DNA of 64,000 nucleotides from contig JANNQV010000028.1 in assembly GCA_031400935.1 (NCBI GenBank), positions 186,001 to 250,000 of the forward strand. Reading direction: 5' to 3'. Made by a program: the position numbers and the translations under genes. How positions within the stretch are numbered: position 1 is the first letter of the stretch; every line of letters begins with the position of its first letter. Below, in pieces: positions 57,677 through 64,000 of the stretch. The stretch comes from Armatimonadota bacterium. GTDB taxonomy: Bacteria > Armatimonadota > Fimbriimonadia > Fimbriimonadales > Fimbriimonadaceae. Under the pieces are notes generated by a model. The model saw only the letters and a program-made list of their open reading frames with translations, was not told where the DNA came from and made no database searches.

Positions 57677-60600
57677 TTATATCACGCCCTTCTCCCTCAA
57701 TTTCGGATAATGGCATGCCTTGAACTTTTTGCCGCTTCCACAAGGACAGGAGTCATTCCGGCCGACCTTTGACCAATCTTGCTTTGACTCGTCGAACGAG
57801 ACGCTTGAACCAATCGCTGCCATCGCAGGAATCGAATCGCCGGCTTCCATTCGAACCATTGCAGGCGCTTCATCGGCAGACTCTTCAGATTGCTGAGCAT
57901 CTTGAACCTGAATCTCCGCCCGAAAGATCATTCGCACCGCTTGATCACGGATCTGTTTGAGCGTGGTTTGGAAGAGGTCAAAAGTCTCTCGCTTGTAAGC
58001 AACTAGAGGATCGGTTTGGCCGTATCCTCTTAGGCCAATGCCTTCGCGGATGTACTCGACCATCTGCAAATGCTCCATCCACTTGTCGTTAACGGCGCGA
58101 AGCATGACCTGCTGTTCGAGCGAAGCCATAATCTCGTCACCATATCGCTCGGCTTTTTGTTCATACGCAGCCATCGCAAATTCTGTGCATTTGTCAATGA
58201 GTTCATCGCCCACTGGAATCGCTCGAAGATCGTCTACCGATGCAAAATCAACAAGCGGGAAAAGTCCATTTAGGTCTTCGTACAGAAGGCCGTGATCGTA
58301 ATTTCTTCCTTCGTTTTCATCTATTACCCAGGCGTCGTTAACGATGTCCGTAATCATCTGTTTGATGAATTCCACGAGGTCTTCGCGAACGTGCTTGCCG
58401 AGCAAGACTTCGCGCCTCATGCCATAAATGTGCTCGCGCTGAGCGTTCAAAACGTCGTCATATTCGAGTACATGCTTTCGAGCTTCAAAATAGTGGTTTT
58501 CTATTCGCTCTTGCGTTTTCTCTATCATTCGGCTCAGGAATTTTGCGTTCACTTCTTCCATTGGCGGCCATGCCTTGAGCAGTGGATTTTCGAGCATATT
58601 CGCGTTGAAAATCTTCCAAAGCTGGTCTTCGAGAGACACATAGAACCTGCTCTCGCCAGGGTCGCCTTGTCGGCCCGATCTTCCTCGAAGCTGGTTGTCA
58701 ATTCGGCGGCTTTCATGCCGTTCTGTGCCAAGGATATATACTCCGTCAAGTGCTCGAACCACTTCAGCAACCTCTCGTCGTTCTTGGTCGCTCAATGGAA
58801 GTGGAGGAGCAGCACGTTCCTTACCACCGCGACGGAAGCTAGAAAAAGTGGATTCGTATTGTTCCAAAAGAGGGTCGCCATCTGAATCTCTCGCTCGAAC
58901 GATCTGCTCATCTTGAATTCGTCCGCCAAGCAAAATATCTACGCCACGGCCAGCCATATTTGTTGCAATAGTCACAGCGCCTTTTCGACCAGCTTCAGCG
59001 ATAATTAGCGCCTCTCGCTCATGGAATTTTGCGTTTAAGATGTTGTGCGGAATACCGTGAGTCAGCCCTTCTTCCAAGTACGATTTGTTTTCGCTTGTCA
59101 GCTTCCATTGTTCGAGCGCCCAGTCCATATTTTCTTGTGAAAATGCCTCACCGCTAAATCCAATCTTGCTCGCGAAATTTGCTAATGCCTTTCGGTCTTG
59201 GTCAGCGAGAGGAGTATTCGTGATTTCAATTACATCCTTCACAATGTCCTTGGGGACATCCTTTTTGACTTCCAAATGGTATCGAAGCCTTTGCGACAGC
59301 ACTAATTTCTGCAAAAGGTCGGTCGTCAAACGTGTTGACATAACTTCCGACATTTCGATAGAACGAGTGCCGATTAGAACGGGTTGCTGCTTGGAATACA
59401 AACGCAAGACGTCCCAAGTAATCGCGCGAAACTTCGCTTCAAGCGTCTTGAAAATGATGTCGCCGTGATCAATTCGGATCATAGGGCGATGTGTCGGAAC
59501 GCAGACCACATCGAGGCCGTAAATTTTTCGAAATTCGTCTTCTTCTGTTTTCGCTGTACCCGTCATTCCAGCGAGTTTTTCGTAAAGTCGGAAGAGATTC
59601 TGGAAAGTGATAACTGCAACGGTTTGGCTCTCACGCTGAACAGTTACGTTTTCCTTAGCCTCAAGCGCTTGATGAAGTCCATCGCTCAACCGCCTTCCAA
59701 ACATGAGCCTGCCGGTGTTTTCATCAACTAGTACAACTTCGTTACCGCGAACTACATAGTCCACATCTTTGTCAAAAAGCGCGACTGCTTTTACGGCAGC
59801 ATTGACGTGATGCAAAATCTTTGGATCGCTCGCGATGTTGTCAATCTCCATCGTCTCTTCGACAAGGTCCATGCCATCTTCAGTAAGTGAAACCGAATGG
59901 TTTTTCTTGTCAGCTTTGTAGTGAGTTTCGTTTTCAAGCTTCTTTGCGATTTCATTGATGTGCTTGTAAAGCGAGACATCCTCGTTGCTTGCGCCCGAGA
60001 TAATGTGTGGTGTTCTGGCCTCGTCAATGAGGATCGAGTCAACTTCGTCAACGATTGCGTAATGAAGTTCTCGCATCGAAAGTTGCGAAATATCGAACGC
60101 CATATTGTCGCGAAGATAGTCGAATCCAAACTCATGGTTTGTGCCATAAACAACGTCGCATAGATAGGCTTCTCGACGTGAACAAGAAACCAGATTCATA
60201 TATCTTGGATCGCCGAGTTGGTCTGCTCCAGGAACATAAAGGTAGCTCCCGCCGAGCTCTTCTGTGTCTTCGCCTTGGCCCTGAATAATGCCAAGCGATA
60301 TTCCGAGAAAATGGAAAATGGGACCCATCCAGACTGCGTCACGACGAGCTAGGTAATCGTTGGCGGTAACGAGATGCGCTCCGCGGCCCGTTAAGGCATT
60401 TAAGATCAGCGGTGCAACTGCAGCAAGGGTCTTTCCTTCGCCCGTTTTCATTTCGGAGATTCGGCCTTGGTGGAGCACCATGCTGCCAACATGCTGAACG
60501 TCAAAGTGACGCATTCCGAGTGTGCGACTCGAGACCTCACGGACTACGGCAAACACTTCCGGAAGTAGTTGGTCTAAGGTCTTGCCTGTTGCAATTTGCT

Positions 60601-60745
60601 CTTTGAAGGAAGGGCCTTTGGCTCGCAATGCATCATCGTCGAGGGCAGATATCTCGGTTTCAAATGCGTTGATTTGCGCCACGATTGGAAGCAGCATGTC
60701 AACGTCTTTCTTGCTAGTGTCGAATATTTTTCGTAGGAAATTCAT
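57677..60745 (-). CDS. secA: Preprotein translocase ATPase SecA
   Basis: EMKTGEGKT, DEVDSILIDEARTP, ATNMAGRG, RRIDNQLRGRSGRQGDPG, CPCGSGKKFKACH. Confidence 0.98.
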   Translation of the reverse strand: MNFLRKIFDTSKKDVDMLLPIVAQINAFETEISALDDDALRAKGPSFKEQIATGKTLDQLLPEVFAVVREVSSRTLGMRHFDVQHVGSMVLHQGRISEMKTGEGKTLAAVAPLILNALTGRGAHLVTANDYLARRDAVWMGPIFHFLGISLGIIQGQGEDTEELGGSYLYVPGADQLGDPRYMNLVSCSRREAYLCDVVYGTNHEFGFDYLRDNMAFDISQLSMRELHYAIVDEVDSILIDEARTPHIISGASNEDVSLYKHINEIAKKLENETHYKADKKNHSVSLTEDGMDLVEETMEIDNIASDPKILHHVNAAVKAVALFDKDVDYVVRGNEVVLVDENTGRLMFGRRLSDGLHQALEAKENVTVQRESQTVAVITFQNLFRLYEKLAGMTGTAKTEEDEFRKIYGLDVVCVPTHRPMIRIDHGDIIFKTLEAKFRAITWDVLRLYSKQQPVLIGTRSIEMSEVMSTRLTTDLLQKLVLSQRLRYHLEVKKDVPKDIVKDVIEITNTPLADQDRKALANFASKIGFSGEAFSQENMDWALEQWKLTSENKSYLEEGLTHGIPHNILNAKFHEREALIIAEAGRKGAVTIATNMAGRGVDILLGGRIQDEQIVRARDSDGDPLLEQYESTFSSFRRGGKERAAPPLPLSDQERREVAEVVRALDGVYILGTERHESRRIDNQLRGRSGRQGDPGESRFYVSLEDQLWKIFNANMLENPLLKAWPPMEEVNAKFLSRMIEKTQERIENHYFEARKHVLEYDDVLNAQREHIYGMRREVLLGKHVREDLVEFIKQMITDIVNDAWVIDENEGRNYDHGLLYEDLNGLFPLVDFASVDDLRAIPVGDELIDKCTEFAMAAYEQKAERYGDEIMASLEQQVMLRAVNDKWMEHLQMVEYIREGIGLRGYGQTDPLVAYKRETFDLFQTTLKQIRDQAVRMIFRAEIQVQDAQQSEESADEAPAMVRMEAGDSIPAMAAIGSSVSFDESKQDWSKVGRNDSCPCGSGKKFKACHYPKLREKGVI

Positions 60746-60755
60746 TTTTTATCTC

Positions 60756-60849
60756 AGGGTATGGGGTTTAGGGTGCAGGGTACTGGGCGGGGGCTTTCGG
60801 AAAGAAACGCAGACTTTAGTCTGCATCTGGATCACAGACTTTAGTCTGT
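60756..60849. repeat. Heptamer repeats plus two CAGACTTTAGTCTG palindromes in the secA leader
   Basis: agggtat ggggttt agggtgc agggtac; GCAGACTTTAGTCTGC (60809-60824) and ACAGACTTTAGTCTGT (60834-60849). Confidence 0.75.
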
Positions 60850-60912
60850 AAAATCCGCGCAAATACGAATGAGCGCTAGAAAATCGAGCGACACAGAAAC
60901 AATGTCGCCGAA

Positions 60913-61278
60913 CTAAGCCGGCCCAGCACGATTCGGATGAATCCTTGAAGCGACGACTGAAGCCAAACGCTCTGTCCGAATAGGATGAATCTGAATCCGG
61001 ATGAGGGATTCAGAAATCGGTTCTGAATCTTGCGAATTTGTTTCTGTATCAAACCATTGAATCAGCAAATTCGTAACTGTCGCGATTCGTCGCGACGTTT
61101 CAATTGCGATCGCATCCGAATCAAGATCGTCCGAATTCTCAATACAACGCTTGCCCTCAAGTCGCGGGTCGCAAAGTAGGGCCAAAGCTTCCGTAAACTG
61201 GCTCGATGCAATACCACGATCTATTCCAAGTGAACCTTGGAGGATTAGAATCAGCAGTGCAGGCAAAAATGGAAGCAT
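60913..61278 (-). CDS. Candidate SecM-like secretion-monitor / ribosome-arrest peptide upstream of secA
   Basis: 121 aa; hydrophobic N-terminus MLPFLPALLILILQG; C-terminus HPNRAGPA-stop; same strand, 167 nt upstream of secA; TATAAT upstream. Confidence 0.7.
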   Translation of the reverse strand: MLPFLPALLILILQGSLGIDRGIASSQFTEALALLCDPRLEGKRCIENSDDLDSDAIAIETSRRIATVTNLLIQWFDTETNSQDSEPISESLIRIQIHPIRTERLASVVASRIHPNRAGPA

Positions 61279-61575
61279 TTTTCTTCTTCCACTATTATAG
61301 ACGGGAATCGTTCGTAATTGAGCGTATTTGGGACCAATTGTTGTCAATTATCAGTTCTCGGATATCAGTCAAAAGTGGATCGGAAGGCAGATTTCGTAGC
61401 CGTATTTTCGGTTTCGAGAGCCAACCTGATTTACACTTTGTGCAAATTTAGCGGCAACAATGACAATGTCAACAACCTGCCAGCAACTTGCAAACCACTT
61501 GCCAAACACATGCCAAATTTCCATACGATGAAGCTTCCAGTCCAAAAAGCCGATCATGTATACTAGGATCGCTGC

Positions 61576-61665
61576 GGAGAGATGGCTGAGTGGACGAAAG
61601 CGCCCGCCTGCTAAGTGGGTAAGGGGTTAAACCCTTCTCGGGTTCGAATCCCGATCTCTCCGCCA
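61576..61665 (+). tRNA. tRNA-Ser(GCT)
   Basis: 90 nt with long variable arm; anticodon arm CCCGC-CTGCTAA-GTGGG; GGTTCGAATCC; 3' GCCA. Confidence 0.96.
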
Positions 61666-61729
61666 TTCTGATTTGTATGGAAGGCAATGAGGCTTGCAAG
61701 TAGATAGCAGGTTGTACACAAGTCGCCGC

Positions 61730-61778
61730 CAACACCCGACATCCAACACCCGAAACCCAAAACCATAAACCTAAAACC
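61730..61778. repeat. Degenerate heptamer tandem repeat
   Basis: caacacc cgacatc caacacc cgaaacc caaaacc ataaacc taaaacc. Confidence 0.75.
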
Positions 61779-61779
61779 C

Positions 61780-62769
61780 ATGCCCCCACGAATCCTGCCC
61801 GCATTACTCGTTACAGCCCTCGCGTTTTCGAGCGGATACAGCCAAACGCTGCAAGAATATGTCGCGTTGCGAAAGAAACACGGAATCAAGGTTGCCTTTG
61901 AAGTTTCAGCACTTGATGTCTTGATCGGAACAAAGACGATTGAAATTGCCGGCGTTATCAAAGGCTCATTTTCGATAAGCGGAAAAACAACCTATTTACT
62001 CGAACGATTGGACGAAAGCACCGTTGACATCGAATCAAAAACACCGATTGCATGGCTTCAGGGCAACGAAGTGCATTGCAGACTCCTTATTCGGGCTTCG
62101 AGGCAAACTGAGACGTCGTCGCTTCATGCTGAACTCCTCGGAGCCGCTCCCGAAGCAGACATTGCTCGCTTGGAAGCTCTTGCCAGACCCAAAACTCCGA
62201 CAAAAATCAATCACCCGACGACCAAGCCGCCACTTTCAGGTCCGATCGGCAAGGGGCAACCTGTTGCAGCTAATTGGACGCTCAGTGACACAGAACTTAT
62301 CAGAAGCTATGGTTCTTACATTAAGGGCTATAACAAGCGCTTAACCGACGAGCAAGCAATCGTAATCGCACAGGGAATCATTGGTTTCAGTAAACGCTAT
62401 GGCGTTGACTCTCGCCTCATTATGGCAATGGTGTTGGTCGAAAGCGGCTTCAATCCAGACAGCCGAAGCAAACCTGGCGCGATGGGATTGGGACAATTGA
62501 TGCCTGGTACAGCTCAAAGCCTCGGGCTTTCGAATGCTTACGATCCGATGCAGAATTTGTATGGCACGACACGTGTCATTCGTGGCCATATTGACAAGTA
62601 TAAAAAAATTACTGGTAACGACTACGAATCGTTGATTTTGGCGTTGGCAGCGTACAACTCAGGCTCGGGCACCGTGCGAAGAAACAACTATCAAGTCCCC
62701 CCGTATCGCGAGACCCAGAACTACATCCGAAAGGTGATCGGGGCTTATCGCCGGTTTTTGGGTTATTGA
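61780..62769 (+). CDS. Secreted lytic transglycosylase (SLT domain)
   Basis: VESGFNP, GAMGLGQLMPGTA, LAAYNSG, ETQNYI. Confidence 0.92.
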   Translation: MPPRILPALLVTALAFSSGYSQTLQEYVALRKKHGIKVAFEVSALDVLIGTKTIEIAGVIKGSFSISGKTTYLLERLDESTVDIESKTPIAWLQGNEVHCRLLIRASRQTETSSLHAELLGAAPEADIARLEALARPKTPTKINHPTTKPPLSGPIGKGQPVAANWTLSDTELIRSYGSYIKGYNKRLTDEQAIVIAQGIIGFSKRYGVDSRLIMAMVLVESGFNPDSRSKPGAMGLGQLMPGTAQSLGLSNAYDPMQNLYGTTRVIRGHIDKYKKITGNDYESLILALAAYNSGSGTVRRNNYQVPPYRETQNYIRKVIGAYRRFLGY

Positions 62770-62776
62770 GCAGGAA

Positions 62777-63328
62777 TCAGTCCTTCAAAATCCTGCCATA
62801 CCCGTCATACTTCAAATTGCCACTTAGAATGAGTACGCCATCTATCAGCGGCCAAAGCACTCCAACGCCGGTACAAAGAGTAACAAATAGCTGAATGACT
62901 CCAATCGCCGCATAGCCAAGATACATCCTTCCGACGCCTGGAAGCACGATGTTCAATATCCCACCTGCGACCTTCGACTTGTCGCTTCGCAGCGCAGGAA
63001 AATTGCCCATAGGAGACATTGCCGGATACGAATCTTGATATGGTGAAGGCGATCCGTAAGGTTGATAGCTCCCAGATGCTTGAGGCTGCATGACTGGAGG
63101 AGCAGTTCGTGGCATATTTGGCGGCGGAGGAGGCGCCATCATCGCAGGTGCAGATGCGAATTTCGCCTTCAAATCTCCGACGTGATCGGCAGGGAGCCAT
63201 TGCGGCATTCCGGTGCACCAGATATATGTTTCGCGCACCACAACGCCCCCTTCAATCAACTCTTCCATTTGATCGAGGGTGAGCGGACCAAGTTGCCCGT
63301 AATGCCCAATGTAAAACCAATCCGCCAC
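62777..63328 (-). CDS. GYF_2 (DUF4339) + proline-rich linker + TM2/NINE domain protein
   Basis: WFY...QLGP...IWCTGMPQW; KSKVAGGIL...GVGRMYLG. Confidence 0.85.
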   Translation of the reverse strand: MADWFYIGHYGQLGPLTLDQMEELIEGGVVVRETYIWCTGMPQWLPADHVGDLKAKFASAPAMMAPPPPPNMPRTAPPVMQPQASGSYQPYGSPSPYQDSYPAMSPMGNFPALRSDKSKVAGGILNIVLPGVGRMYLGYAAIGVIQLFVTLCTGVGVLWPLIDGVLILSGNLKYDGYGRILKD

Positions 63329-63501
63329 GTGTTGCTGTTACCTTACGACCATTGTATCTTGAGGGATGCAGGTTTTTGGGGCAATGTAGGGATTTTGGGA
63401 GTTTCGGAAGTGATTTCCTAGAACTCGATCATCACAAACTCCACGCAATGCATCTACAGATGGCTCAAAAGTAGAAATGAAACGGGCATTGAGCGACTTC
63501 G

Positions 63502-64000
63502 CTATTCTTCAGGAATGCACAAACACGAAGACGTGATTTTCGTATCTGCCTTTGCCCAAGTCCTTTGAAACTTTGCCAGAGTTATCGAAGCGTCGGCTGC
63601 CTTCCCTAGTGCTTCTTGGCACTTGCTCAAACCAAAAAGCGACCAACCATTCTTGGGAAGGTTCTTTAGGTCTTGCCAGAAGATCTGTTCGGCCTCTTTG
63701 TAGCGCTTCTCCCTCAGGAGCAATGCTCCTAATGTGTGCCGGACGGGTTGAATCCAATCTGGCGGTTCAGAATACCGTAGGGCATCCTCGGCTTGAACAG
63801 CCTTTCGCAAGGTTGATACCGCCATGTCTACATAGCCTTCGGCCACCAAAATCTCGCCAATCATCAATAGGTTTGCAACATTCAGAAGATCGCTTGCCTT
63901 GTTGTTCCCAAACATCGCCTCGGCGAGAACTTTCTTTCTAGCTTCGTCAAAAAGCAGTTGTTCAGCCCTTGCCTCAAACGGCATACTTTTTGCAGCATAG
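63502..64000 (-). CDS. TPR-containing protein, 5' part outside the window
   Basis: EDALRYSEPPDW, PKNGWSLFGL, C-terminal SSCLC. Confidence 0.8.
   Translation of the reverse strand, partial: YAAKSMPFEARAEQLLFDEARKKVLAEAMFGNNKASDLLNVANLLMIGEILVAEGYVDMAVSTLRKAVQAEDALRYSEPPDWIQPVRHTLGALLLREKRYKEAEQIFWQDLKNLPKNGWSLFGLSKCQEALGKAADASITLAKFQRTWAKADTKITSSCLCIPEE

Overview
A 64 kb chromosomal window from a diderm bacterium. The gene content (PEP-CTERM, Lpt machinery, futalosine-pathway MqnE, a SecA with large inserts) suggests Armatimonadota/Fimbriimonadia; this is an inference. Most of it is housekeeping and envelope genes: mqnE, cdd, rng/rne, tdk, kdsD, rocF, mobA, mutS2, nth, plsY, lptF/G, lptD-like, lysC, folP, asnS, secA, plus tRNA-Trp(CCA) and tRNA-Ser(GCT). 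Five observations stand out. (1) Directly upstream of secA, a small ORF with a signal-like N-terminus ends in the SecM-type ribosome-arrest motif RAGP, making it a candidate secretion-monitoring arrest peptide. (2) A 60-codon membrane ORF (37683-37865, minus), absent from the ORF track, has an in-frame UGA in CKTG-UGA followed by a bacterial-SECIS-like hairpin, making it a candidate new selenoprotein. (3) A 13.5 kb island in tRNA-Trp has a 47-bp att duplication and arm-like repeats but no integrase; it carries GH78, GH29, GH95, an X-Pro peptidase, a hydroxyproline-type enolase-superfamily enzyme and an unknown secreted protein. (4) A cytochrome b-c fusion appears to have lost 3 of 4 heme-b histidines. 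(5) TAnnnT boxes sit 6-8 nt before many start codons, including a mirror-symmetric 29-bp bidirectional promoter. Intergenic spaces hold several unrelated REP-like and short tandem repeat families. All calls are by-eye motif recognition; no database searches were run.
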